Below are positions 10,101 to 18,500 of a stretch of 64,000 bases of DNA, piece after piece; positions within the stretch are counted from its first letter, which is position 1; each line of letters opens with the position of its first letter. A program made the position numbers and the translations under genes. This DNA comes from Candidatus Magasanikiibacteriota bacterium. GTDB lineage: Bacteria; Patescibacteriota; Patescibacteriia; Magasanikbacterales; GWA2-37-8. The notes under the pieces were generated by a model, which had not been told where the DNA came from, did not search any database, and saw only the letters and a list, made by a program, of their open reading frames with translations. The DNA lies in assembly GCA_963840935.1 (NCBI GenBank), contig CAWJAS010000001.1, forward strand, positions 256,875-320,874, in the 5' to 3' direction.

Positions 10101-12919
10101 CAAATTCAAATAATACAGCTTTGGGTTATCAAGCATTATATGGGAGTAGAAGCGGTGCGCGCAATGTTGGTGTTGGTGTCCAATCGTTATATTCTTTGAC
10201 ATCGGGCAGTGACAACACTGCTCTTGGGTATAACGCTTTATATGGAATTACAAGTGGCTCATACAATGTTGGAGTCGGACCTTATTCTCTTTCAAGTATT
10301 TCCGGTACAACTATTACCAATAATACGGCAATAGGACAGCATGTTATGCGCGATGCGGTTGGCACAACCATGTATTATAATGTGGCAATTGGCTATGAAG
10401 CATTAAGATATTTATCAGTTTCCACGGCAACAGATAATGTGGCTATCGGCAGAGGCTCGATGAGTAATGCCTCCGGCACCCCAACAATAAATTACAATAT
10501 TGCTATCGGTCGAGAATCATTATTGAATACGGAAACTAGCGATAGTGTTGCTATTGGTGCATATGCTTTGCGTTATAATACTACAGGTGATGGCAATGTC
10601 GCGATTGGTTATGAAGCTTTGGAATTGAACGACACAGGCTCATATAATACAGCACTTGGTTATCGCGCTTTGGCTACTAATGATATCGCCATTGGTGGTA
10701 GTAATGTGGCTGTGGGTTATTCTGCGCTTGAAGACAGCTCAAACGGAGTGAACAATACTGCCTTGGGGTCAAGTGCGTTGTCAAATTTAACTTCGGGCAG
10801 TTACAATGTAGCCATTGGTAGCCAGTCTGGAAATGATGTGATATTTAGCACCGAGAATGGCAATACATTGATTGGCTACGCGACAGATATTCTTAATGGC
10901 GTCGAATATTCGACAGCTTTAGGCTATAGTGCAGTTGCAAGTACAAGTAATTCAATTTATTTGGGTCAATTAGGTAATGGTAATGGCAGGGTATTTTTTC
11001 CGGGAATATATGGCAGTGTGCCTGCAGCGACAAATTATGTTTGTATAAATCCAACAACCCGAGAAGTTGCCTATCAATCAACTGCCTGTGGTAGCTCCGA
11101 TGATAATTTAAAAATAAATGAAGAGAGTATCGCAGACGAGATTGATGTTTTAAATGCAGTCAAACAATTACGTGGCGTATTTTTTAATTGGGATTTATCT
11201 AATCCGGAAATGATGGGTGCGCCGTCAGATCGGCAGATTGGCGTAATAGCGCAAGAAGTTTTACCAATTTTACCAGAAGTAGTTGAATATAGCGAAGATT
11301 GGGGCTACTATTCGGTTGACTATCCCAAACTCACTGCTTTCCTCATCGAAGTCGCCAAAGCCCAGCAGAATATCCTCGACCCCATCACCGAGTCCATATT
11401 CATTAACACCACCACTCTAAACATGGCCTTTGGCTCATCTTCCACCCCATACAACCTGACCACCTATGGCAATCTGTCCTTCATATTACCTTCAGACTCC
11501 ACCTCAACTCACAAAATATCTTTTTCCAACACCGTTGATTTTGAATCTTCCGTCTCATCCACCCCCGACTCCCGCGCTTTCATCTTTAACGCTCTTAACT
11601 TTGATACCACATCAACCGACAAATACATATTATCTCTCCGTTCCAACAACAATCCGGTCTTTAGCGTCTCATCAAACGGCGATGTTCATTCCTCCGGCAA
11701 CATGTATGCCGCTTCCGCCGTCCTCGGCACATCCACCAACCCGGGTGACCTGGCAGAAAAAGTAGATATAAACCCCACGGAAACCGTGGAAGCAGGGGAT
11801 GTGATGATGGTTGACCCGGCCTCACCCGACAGATACCAAAAATCAAATCAAGCATACGAACCGACTGTGGCCGGCGTTATCTCCACGAACCCAACCATCA
11901 TTGTCGGCAACGGCAAAACCGACCAAACCGCTCCTCTTGCCATGGTTGGAAGGGTACCGGTCAAATTCAGTGAAGAAAACGGCGCAATACAAAGAGGCGA
12001 CCTCCTTGTATCGGCGAGCACTCCTGGCTATGCCATGAAATATGACCCGATTCTCGACAACTCCAGAAAAGTGGTCGGCATTATCGGTATTGCTCTTGAT
12101 AATTCCATGGAATCAACCAATGGTAAGATAATGACCCTTATCAGAACCGGTTGGGTCTACAACAAAACCCAAGCTGTCTCCAATCTTGAACAACAAGTTT
12201 ACTATGTCGCTTCAAGTGCCGGTGTTGACCTATCGGTTGACCCTGAACTCATGAATATTGAAACTACGAGCGAAGGATCTATCACCTACAACAGTGATAG
12301 CAACCTTAGTCTCAACAATTTCTCCATCACCAATGTCAAATCAATAATATCAACCAACAACAAATGGACCATAGATGAATACGGCCTCTTAATCACCAAA
12401 GTCATCACCGCTGAAGGAACTGAAAAGAATATCTACGGCATGACTTCTGAATCGGCGGAGATTACGCTGTCCGGCTCCGCCGAACTCATAAACGGTGAAG
12501 CAATAATTAACTTTGCCACCGATACACAGTGGTTGATTGATGAGACGCAAGAAATAAAAGTTATCCCAGCCTTAACTTCCGGTGATTGCAATGGAATATT
12601 TGTCAGCGAAAAATCATCTGCCGGCTTCACAATAAAGGAATTAAATAGTGGAACAAGTGCATCAACATTTGATTGGCTTGTGATTGCAAAAAGAAAAATA
12701 AATATTCAGGATGAAATAATTTATGAACCCACACCAACTCCGCCTATTGATGATACACCAACTACAACACCTTTGGTTGATTCTCCCACCACCACACCTC
12801 CAATTGATACATCTATCTCAACTCCACCAACAAGTACTCCATCCATAGACCCACCGACAACCACGCCTTCTGTAGAAGCCTCGTCTTCGCCAGATGAAAC
12901 AGCTATGGATGAATCATAA
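4127..12919 (+). CDS. Giant trimeric fibre/adhesin-like surface protein (2930 aa) with YadA-head-like repeats, GNVGIGTT repeats and a peptidase S74-like chaperone domain
   Basis: Signal peptide; many A.G..S.A.G and N.A.G..AL repeats; SDDNLK...LRGVFFNW...IGVIAQEV...PEVV...SVDY (S74-like, about 11096-11370); DLAE...GRVPVK domain; Pro/Thr-rich tail. Confidence 0.85.
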   Translation: MEKFEKQFKIRASIKSMMIFVFVFGIFVVFANSASATNWKPNPNQCPTTYNGQIGNPGEVMCGLNSGVAHWYDMTTLVGLVPAGNTTVNTGGGTYGGYVVDCDAFDASVPRCDNTGSFWCSPDATCNSAYRKTECIGTKWATDSGSSNCDVCQDNRWDCDTNNTCETADGASCTATLGGNNVPGTMNCVTGAGSCSDLGATLATCTCVPGVQYFQTGIQAQFATTSPLLWGTQYGTGDLINISSNDLSTTTFMVSNSGQVGVGLASAINTNVAFEVSSTNRGVLLPRLTTTQRNAILTPPESLLVYNIDNHQFEYYATSSWLAMGSGGGSFTETDPIWMTASGTLTTAHFATNTVSQWSNDAGYLTSYTTTSPAGINGQVQFNDNGAFGATNTLVWDNLLGSLSVGDNYTFLSGSRSFVQGLYSQATGTNSIAMGQYAQATNNFAVAIGGSSPVSSGNSSIAMGSGAHAYGNSSIALGNLASAENLSSVAIGYQTRSTGNYAVAIGGNTRATGLFSVAIGNNSTSSGNSSFVGGYNNDSSGNYSAVFGSDNINTGGDYAFISGDNNVNSGGLYSAIFGAYNTSTGQYSFIGAGLNSVASGINSVAFGRNLTVSGNYSFGVNAHGSNSYTLSQANTVALMGGNVGVGTTTPAYRLTVSGDFAVTGTIRVGNAMTPGTYGQLLMSTGTGAVWMSTSSLGLGGGGVTGSGTSTEVAFWSGTNSLSSSSSLYWNNTNGRLGINNATPEFALTIGNDGGIIATGTVGSGATLSTAGAGTRMIWYPRKAAFRAGYVNGTQWNDANIGEYSVAMGNGSRASGYGDIAIGTGVVASGGNSATAIGALNTASGDGAFALGRSMTVSGDYSFGVNVSTTGATLSQASTIALMGGNVGVGTTSPLFKLTIDGGIYSTGTFNAGETLSYSGAGTRMIWYPRKAAFRAGNVDSTQWNDANIGTYSVAFGEDTEASGDHGSTAFGTGSIASGDYGSAAFGSWTEASGQSSAAFNIATIASGNYSTAFGNTTVASGMTATAFGNGTTASGYISTVFGNSMTVSGDYSFGVNVGASASPVLSQANTIALMGGNVGIGTTSPQYRLTVAGDLAVTGTIRVGDTMASGTYGQILMSTGTGATWMSTSSLGLGAGTVTGSGTSTEIAFWSGTNSLSSSSSLYWNNTTGKLGINNSNPEFALTIGNDGGIIATGTYGSGTILTTAGAGTRMIWYPYGAAFRAGIIDGTQWNEFNIGHGSVAFGANTIASGAGSMAVGADTVASNASSFASGYGAVASGYVGSSIGLYTTSSGHYGSFSIGERTVASGNRAFAGGYYSIASGTATLAFGQNANALGNNSVALGQNVTTTLSSSNNFALGNNIIVSGNYSFGVNVSSTVATLAQANTIALMGGNVGIGTTSPPLKLTIDATVGSGGSEGIGIFGGNSTTVALGNYNSGGTYTGVLALYRSDYWGPTAMFSAGGSASLYGFHIGTSTIPSTISRFTVGSDLEFAISSDGDITRINDVPMSWPSSQGGVGTILQNDGSGNLSWEATSSLGLIDGEGSAGFVTLWNSSTTLSYDGDGMYWDGMDNRLGIGTTTPLGRLHMRTNISGDGIFLSNDVGKVASKLFLILDSDSYQSGKLSLLQNDVEKVSLVAKGNSYLTGGNVGIGTSTPETVLSVAVPGNNGIVLYGSTNGYQLAALASGAGNETGGLVLFTNNISQPSVSITGGVGGAITYFGTSTYRFGIATSSPLSGFTFVVAGTSSQRSILPETNLTYTLGDSSKRWNELWTGTANIGTSTWSLTTTGADRFGIFSGPSGTATETISILQDLGNVGINNISPSKTLDVNGSINIPSTDTTTDSGIIYMNSSRFIHSVGGTTNFYAGLGSANTNAISDYNTGIGGNALMNITSGDGANVAVGYNAGRSITTGAYNVGIGINNFYENGGGIIGNVAIGRHTMYSTQSNSSTAVGYAAMRNNTTGEGNVALGYYGLYANSTGNYNTAVGFEALATTTNSNNTALGYQALYGSRSGARNVGVGVQSLYSLTSGSDNTALGYNALYGITSGSYNVGVGPYSLSSISGTTITNNTAIGQHVMRDAVGTTMYYNVAIGYEALRYLSVSTATDNVAIGRGSMSNASGTPTINYNIAIGRESLLNTETSDSVAIGAYALRYNTTGDGNVAIGYEALELNDTGSYNTALGYRALATNDIAIGGSNVAVGYSALEDSSNGVNNTALGSSALSNLTSGSYNVAIGSQSGNDVIFSTENGNTLIGYATDILNGVEYSTALGYSAVASTSNSIYLGQLGNGNGRVFFPGIYGSVPAATNYVCINPTTREVAYQSTACGSSDDNLKINEESIADEIDVLNAVKQLRGVFFNWDLSNPEMMGAPSDRQIGVIAQEVLPILPEVVEYSEDWGYYSVDYPKLTAFLIEVAKAQQNILDPITESIFINTTTLNMAFGSSSTPYNLTTYGNLSFILPSDSTSTHKISFSNTVDFESSVSSTPDSRAFIFNALNFDTTSTDKYILSLRSNNNPVFSVSSNGDVHSSGNMYAASAVLGTSTNPGDLAEKVDINPTETVEAGDVMMVDPASPDRYQKSNQAYEPTVAGVISTNPTIIVGNGKTDQTAPLAMVGRVPVKFSEENGAIQRGDLLVSASTPGYAMKYDPILDNSRKVVGIIGIALDNSMESTNGKIMTLIRTGWVYNKTQAVSNLEQQVYYVASSAGVDLSVDPELMNIETTSEGSITYNSDSNLSLNNFSITNVKSIISTNNKWTIDEYGLLITKVITAEGTEKNIYGMTSESAEITLSGSAELINGEAIINFATDTQWLIDETQEIKVIPALTSGDCNGIFVSEKSSAGFTIKELNSGTSASTFDWLVIAKRKINIQDEIIYEPTPTPPIDDTPTTTPLVDSPTTTPPIDTSISTPPTSTPSIDPPTTTPSVEASSSPDETAMDES
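6110..7770 (+). repeat. Internal duplication in the 2930 aa gene (about 6110-6460 versus 7415-7770, offset about 1305 bp)
   Basis: Near-identical GSGTSTE.AFWSGTNSLSSSSSLYWNNT...PEFALTIGNDGGIIATG coding DNA. Confidence 0.85.
11546..12468 (+). repeat. ~920 bp near-identical direct repeat, copy 1 (copy 2 at 25875-26797)
   Basis: Sequence from TCTTCCGTCTCATCCACCCCCGAC to GAGATTACGCT matches at offset 14329 with mostly synonymous differences. Confidence 0.95.
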
Positions 12920-12936
12920 TTGGTTTTGAAGAATAT

Positions 12937-12962
12937 AAAAAACGCTTTTTTCGGCGTTTTTT
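12937..12962 (+). terminator. Intrinsic terminator after giant gene 1
   Basis: AAAAAACGC/GCGTTTTTT hairpin with T tail. Confidence 0.65.
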
Positions 12963-12995
12963 GTTATATATTAGCCAAATTATTTGGGCATACTC

Positions 12996-13116
12996 TTGAC
13001 AAAAATCTAAAAATATGCTATATTATGATGTTATTGTCATGATAATTTAAGGTTCATTAAAAATATTAAAATGTAACAAAATCAGTCTTAAGAGGCTGAT
13101 TTAGGAAAAAAGGAGG
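12996..13116 (+). promoter_or_regulatory. Sigma70 promoter, boxA-like motif and SD of the 13122 gene
   Basis: TTGACA 12996-13001, 17 bp, TG-C-TATATT; GTTCATTAAAAA 13052-13063; AGGAGG 13111-13116. Confidence 0.7.
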
Positions 13117-13121
13117 ACGAA

Positions 13122-13637
13122 ATGTCGTTCAAGTCGATTGTTTTCTGTGTGGTGTTCACGCTCGCCATTCTTGGATGCCAGTCGAGCGCCAACTTTGAGG
13201 CGGGAGACGGAGATGATGGTTTCGAGTCGTACGTCTTCAACGCCCTGTACTTCGATATCGAGAATTCGCTGGTTTGGGAACTGGTTCCGTCGCACGAAAG
13301 CAGTTACAGCACTGCCATTTGGGCGGAAGCAGAGAAACACTGCGAGGATCTTCGGGTCGTAGGGGAGGAGGGCATTTACGAAGATTGGCGCCTTCCCACC
13401 ATCGATGAACTGCGCACACTCGTGGTCGGTTGCGACGAACCTTCGTGTCTGATCGAGGCTGGTACCGGTCCGAACGGCTGCTATTGGCCGGATGCTTTTT
13501 CCGGCGTTTGTGCCCGTTATTGGTCGTTGAGTCGGTGCGGTGAAGATAGCCGGTCGGCAGTCACATTTTCTTTTGCCAGAACGGATTGTTGGCCAGAAGA
13601 TCAGCCGGCAATCGTCCGCTGCGTCCGCGACCTCTAA
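13122..13637 (+). CDS. DUF1566/Lcl-like (C-type-lectin-like fold) lipoprotein, small
   Basis: Lipobox LAILGC; W.EA..HC..L...DWRLPTIDELRTL...YWS...VRCVR. Confidence 0.85.
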   Translation: MSFKSIVFCVVFTLAILGCQSSANFEAGDGDDGFESYVFNALYFDIENSLVWELVPSHESSYSTAIWAEAEKHCEDLRVVGEEGIYEDWRLPTIDELRTLVVGCDEPSCLIEAGTGPNGCYWPDAFSGVCARYWSLSRCGEDSRSAVTFSFARTDCWPEDQPAIVRCVRDL

Positions 13638-13714
13638 CCATCCCGCCTCACACCCCGCTCTTTCCGCTCTTTCAACTCCCGCCCGCCGATATTCCATCGG
13701 CGGGTTTTTTTATC
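13615..13714 (+). repeat. 100 bp direct repeat (last codons, 3' UTR and terminator), copy 1; copy 2 at 15332-15431
   Basis: TCCGyTGCGTCCGCGACCTCTAACCA...CCGCTCTTTCCGCTCTTTCAACTCCCGCCCGCCGATATTCCATCGGCGGGTTTTTTTATC. Confidence 0.95.
13682..13711 (+). terminator. Intrinsic terminator
   Basis: CCCGCCGAT-ATTCC-ATCGGCGGG followed by T7. Confidence 0.9.
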
Positions 13715-13722
13715 GTTAACTA

Positions 13723-13924
13723 TTGACTTAATTCGCTAAAAATGGTATTTTAATATATTAAAAAATTCGTATTTTTATTATTCTAAGCGAAGTAAAAAAT
13801 ATAATTTTTTTTCTGCGCCTAGAATGATAATGATAGCTCGTTGAAAATATTAAAAAAACCGACACAATACTGTGCGTCCCCAAGAGGCGTTCGTGGGGGA
13901 TAAAGCATTCCCGAAAAAAGGAGT
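13723..13924 (+). promoter_or_regulatory. Promoter, boxA-like motif and SD of the 13930 gene
   Basis: TTGACT 13723-13728, 17 bp, TG-G-TATTTT; GCTCGTTGAAAA 13836-13847; AAGGAG just before the ATG. Confidence 0.6.
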
Positions 13925-13929
13925 AGTTC

Positions 13930-15354
13930 ATGAAAAAAATAATGATAGTTCCGGTGATTCTTTTTGCAACTATTTTTTTTACCGCATGCGGTAAAAGCGC
14001 CCCGGTTCGCATCACTGATACCGATACCGAAGACGATGATTCAATCATCATTTCCGGCGCAATGCAGAAGGGTCCTTTTCTTACGGGAAGCACGCTCGCC
14101 ATTTCAATGCTTGATTCTGACGGAGAAGCAATCGGGCTTGATTATCAAACCGTTTCCGAGGATGATTTCGGCGCTTTTAGCACGACTGTTCAATCTGACG
14201 GCCCAAGTGAGTTTGCCTGTAGCGGAGTATACTTCAATGAAGTGGCCGACCGCTTGTCAGATTCGCATTCGCCTATAACCTTGCGAGCAGTTTACGACAT
14301 ATCGGATGAAAGCCAACACGAAGTCATTCTGAATGTGTTTACCCATATGAGCTCGGGCCTTGTTCTAAAAAGAATGGCTGAAGGCGAAACAATTGCGAAC
14401 GCAATAGCATACGCCGAGAACAAGCTTTTTGAAGAGATAGGTATCGTCCATCCGCTTGGTTCCTTGCAGGGCAATGGCACAAGCATGGATTTGGCCGGGC
14501 TGAATTCACCGGACAATCAATACATTGTTGCTTTGTCTTGTGTTGTCGCGAAGACCGCAGAACTCATGGCAGGTGATTCGTCCGAAGTGGATGAGCATCT
14601 CCGAGAGATGATTAATGATATTCGTTCCCAATTGGAAAACGATGAGATTATCTCTTCGGAGTACAAAGAATATCTGCGCGAGGCTGAGTCCGCTCTTAAT
14701 CCGATTGATGGATGCGTCGATAATTTGGCCGACTATATATATTACCAAGCGGGTGAGGTTGTGGAACTTCCCGACCCCGACCAATGTCTTGATAATGATC
14801 ACGACGGCACGGTTAACGCCGAAGATACAGATATTGACGGCGATGGAATTGTCAACGACGATGACGAAGCCCCATACAACATCAATATCGGCGGTGGCAT
14901 GTATTTTGATTACGCCACTAACCTGGCGTGGGAAAATATGCCAAAGAATTACAAAATTCTTTGGTCAGTAGCCAAGAATTATTGTTTGAACCTTGTCGTC
15001 TACGGTTATGATGACTGGCGCATGCCCGCTATTTCTGAGCTTCGAACTCTCGTCAGAGACTGTTCCAACACAGAAACAGGCGGTGAGTGCGCGGTCACCG
15101 ATAGTTGTTCGACCGTTAGTTGTTTTGATGAGATTGACTGCTTCGAGCCGTGTCCACAGGGTTCAGGCCCGGCGGAGCCGAACAACTGCTACTGGCTATC
15201 TGACCTTGGCGGTGAATGTAGCGCCGATATTCAATATTGGTCATATTCAGTCGCCGATGATTATAATGCTTGGATGATTGATTTTGATTACGCTTCAATC
15301 CATCTTGGTGATTACACCTATAACGGGGCTATCCGTTGCGTCCGCGACCTCTAA
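13930..15354 (+). CDS. Large DUF1566/Lcl-like lipoprotein with QKGPF N-terminal domain and Ca-binding DxDGDG repeats
   Basis: Lipobox FFTAC; SGAMQKGPFLTGS; DNDHDG/DIDGDG; DWRMPAISELRTL...YWS...IRCVRDL. Confidence 0.85.
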   Translation: MKKIMIVPVILFATIFFTACGKSAPVRITDTDTEDDDSIIISGAMQKGPFLTGSTLAISMLDSDGEAIGLDYQTVSEDDFGAFSTTVQSDGPSEFACSGVYFNEVADRLSDSHSPITLRAVYDISDESQHEVILNVFTHMSSGLVLKRMAEGETIANAIAYAENKLFEEIGIVHPLGSLQGNGTSMDLAGLNSPDNQYIVALSCVVAKTAELMAGDSSEVDEHLREMINDIRSQLENDEIISSEYKEYLREAESALNPIDGCVDNLADYIYYQAGEVVELPDPDQCLDNDHDGTVNAEDTDIDGDGIVNDDDEAPYNINIGGGMYFDYATNLAWENMPKNYKILWSVAKNYCLNLVVYGYDDWRMPAISELRTLVRDCSNTETGGECAVTDSCSTVSCFDEIDCFEPCPQGSGPAEPNNCYWLSDLGGECSADIQYWSYSVADDYNAWMIDFDYASIHLGDYTYNGAIRCVRDL

Positions 15355-15431
15355 CCAATCCCGCCCCACCCCCGCTCTTTCCGCTCTTTCAACTCCCGCC
15401 CGCCGATATTCCATCGGCGGGTTTTTTTATC
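15332..15431 (+). repeat. 100 bp direct repeat copy 2, including terminator at 15399-15428
   Basis: Matches 13615-13714. Confidence 0.95.
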
Positions 15432-15464
15432 CCTAAAAAGCATCTTAATAAATTGTAATCAAAT

Positions 15465-15515
15465 TGTGGATAACTTATAAATAATATCGAAAATAACACA
15501 AAAATGTGATATAAT
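15465..15515 (+). promoter_or_regulatory. DnaA-box 9-mer plus extended -10 promoter of second giant fibre gene
   Basis: TGTGGATAA at 15465-15473; TG-A-TATAAT at 15507-15515. Confidence 0.55.
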
Positions 15516-15553
15516 AATAATGTAAAAAACAAGCCGGCCAATAAAAAGGCAAC

Positions 15554-18500
15554 ATGTTTATGTTAAATTGGAAAAAGGCTAAATTCATTGCGCTAGCGAC
15601 CGTATTTTTTGCGTTGCTTTTTTTGGTATCTCCGGCAAAATCCGCTTTTAACCCTCAAATTAATTATCAAGGTAAATTAATGAATGCTGTTGGCCAGCCG
15701 GCTCCGAACGGCGATTATAATTTTAAATTTCAACTTTGTTCAGCCCCCGATAATTGCACCTCTCCGGTTTGGACTGAGACATATGAAAGTTCAAATAAAA
15801 TTACCGTCACTTCAAGTTTGTTCAGCGTGCTATTAGGTTCGCTTGAAGATTTTGACGGCGTTGATTTTAATCAAACTTTGTATTTGGAAGTTCAAGTTGG
15901 AGGAACGAGCACCCCGAGTTACGAGACATTATTACCCCGCAAAAAACTTGGCGCAGTCCCAGTTTCTTTTTACGCCTCCACTTCAACATACTCGAATAAC
16001 TCCGGCCAGCTTCAGGGTCAAACTTGGGCTTCGCCTGGCGCCATCGGAACAGACACCGCCACAACCGCGGTGTTCACAAATGCCACCACAACAAATATAT
16101 TGCGGGTAATCGGCAATTCATATTTCGGTACAGTGGCAAGCGGTACGTGGCAGGGGACGGTAGTAGCAAACACTTACGGTGGCACCGGACAAAATTCATC
16201 CGGCTGGACCGGGTTCGCCTATGTAACATCCGGTATCTGGAGTCCTACAACAAGCATTTCTTTATTTACTAACGACGCTGGATATTTAACCAGCTATACC
16301 GAAACTGACCCGGTTTGGACAACAGCAAGTGGTTCCCTAACTGTCGCTCATTTCGCGACTAATACAGTTTCACAATGGTATAACGACGCTGGCTATATCA
16401 CTTCATCCGCTACTACGTCGCCCGCTGGCAATGACGGCGAAATCCAATTTAATGATTCCGGCGCGTTCGGCGCGACCACAACTTTTGTTTGGGATAATTC
16501 TGCGGGGAGATTAGGTATAAACACAACCACGCCAGCCGGGAAAATTCATGTAGTAACCGGCGCGAGCGCTGAAATTACAATTGGCACCCCGTCAAATGTT
16601 CAGGTTACTCCTAATTACGCGTCAAAAAAATATTATACGGCGAACAGTTATTCACACAACATGCGAGTGTATGCTTTCAAAGACACATCTGCGGGCAGAG
16701 TTTATTCATCATCATATGATGACCTTGCGAGCGATTGGACAGACAATGGTTCAGCTGGTAAATACGACCTTTCCTGGACATGGGACGCTGTATCTGGGGC
16801 CAGTGGTTATCGAATTTTGAAATACGATACTTCGCATCCATATAATTATGATGTGTATAAAGATGTAGCCACGAATTCTTATACCGATGACAATGGTGAC
16901 GCATGGCTTTCTTCGCCGGTTATGACCCCGACTTCATTGTATGAATCCGGCAAGGCCTTAAGATTGGGTTATGACTCTGCAAATTATGTTGATTTTAATA
17001 TTAACAGCGACGCTTCTTTTGGCATGTTCAATAACGCGGGTACCGGCATATTGTATATGGATGAAGACGGAAAAATTGCCGTTGATAGTACTGATCCGTT
17101 GGCGCAATTTTATGTCGGCGGTACCGGGGACATAATTGCCGAGGGTATTTTTGACAATGAGGATAGCTTGGGTGTTTCCGGTGCTGGCACCAGAATGATG
17201 TGGTATCCGGAAAAAGCGGCATTCAGAGCGGGGCGCGTTACAGGAGATGATTGGGATGATGCAAATATTGGTGATTATTCAGCAGTTTTCGGAATGGAAA
17301 ACTTGGCATTAGGTGAAGCGTCTTTTATTGCCGGATCATCAAATGAAGATGCCGGTGCGGGTAATGCAGTATTTGGGACAATGAATACTGCTAATGGATA
17401 TTATTCAATCGTTGCTGGCTTGGAAATAGTATAAATATTCAGTTTTGGTTCTTATGCCGAATATAATGCGGTTTTTGGCACAAATAATCAATTGTATAAT
17501 ACTGCAAAGTATTCTTAGTTACCGGTGGTTTTAATAATGTCACTTCAACATATTCCAGCGCGTTTGGCCAATCTCATATTATTAAAGGAGATTATTCACA
17601 TCTTTTTGGTTATAGCATTGACAGCCAACAGCGAATTTATTCTTTTGGTGTTAATGTTAGTTCAACGGCAGTAACTATGAACACCCCCAATACCATCGCC
17701 CTTATGGGTGGGAATGTCGGTATTGGCACAACATCGCCGGCATCATTATTAACAATTGGTAGTGGTGGTCAGTTTCAAGTTAATTCGACCGGCAATTTAA
17801 CGAAAATTAACAATGTTCAATACTCATGGCCTTCCGCCAACGGAGCTTCCGGTACGCTATTTACCACCGATGCTTCGGGTAATTTATCTTGGGTTGCCAC
17901 AACTTCTCTTGGATTGGCAACCGGCAATGTCACCGGTTCGGGTTCGACCGGCATGGTTACTTTTTGGACCGACACCAATGTGATATCAGGTTCATCTTCA
18001 TTTATTTGGGATAATACCAATCGCTCTTTGTCGGCTGGCGGAGTCGGAAGCATGTTATTTGTCGGCACGAAAAACTCTTTTGTATTTTCGGATAACAGTA
18101 GTATACAAATTAACCCGGATTCTTTTATTGGCGGTGGTTATTCAAATGTAGTAGTTGCAACATCGTCTTTTGTTGGAGGCGGTTATTATAACGAAATTCG
18201 TGATGGGGGAAACCTTCATCATTTATTGGTGGGGGCATGAGCAATGTTATTGCCGGGCAACATTCAGGTGTGGTCGCAGGCACTTATAATATTGTTACTT
18301 CTTCGAATTCATTTATCGGAGGCGGTTCAAATAATCAAATAACAAATTCCGCATCGCGCTCGTTTATCGGTGGCGGTCAATATAATTTCGCGGATGGTTT
18401 AAATTCTTTTATTGGGGGCTACGCCAACACCACCACTGGTAATAATGCGACTGCCTTCGGGTATCAGATGCAAGTTGATGGTAATTACTCTTTTGGCATA

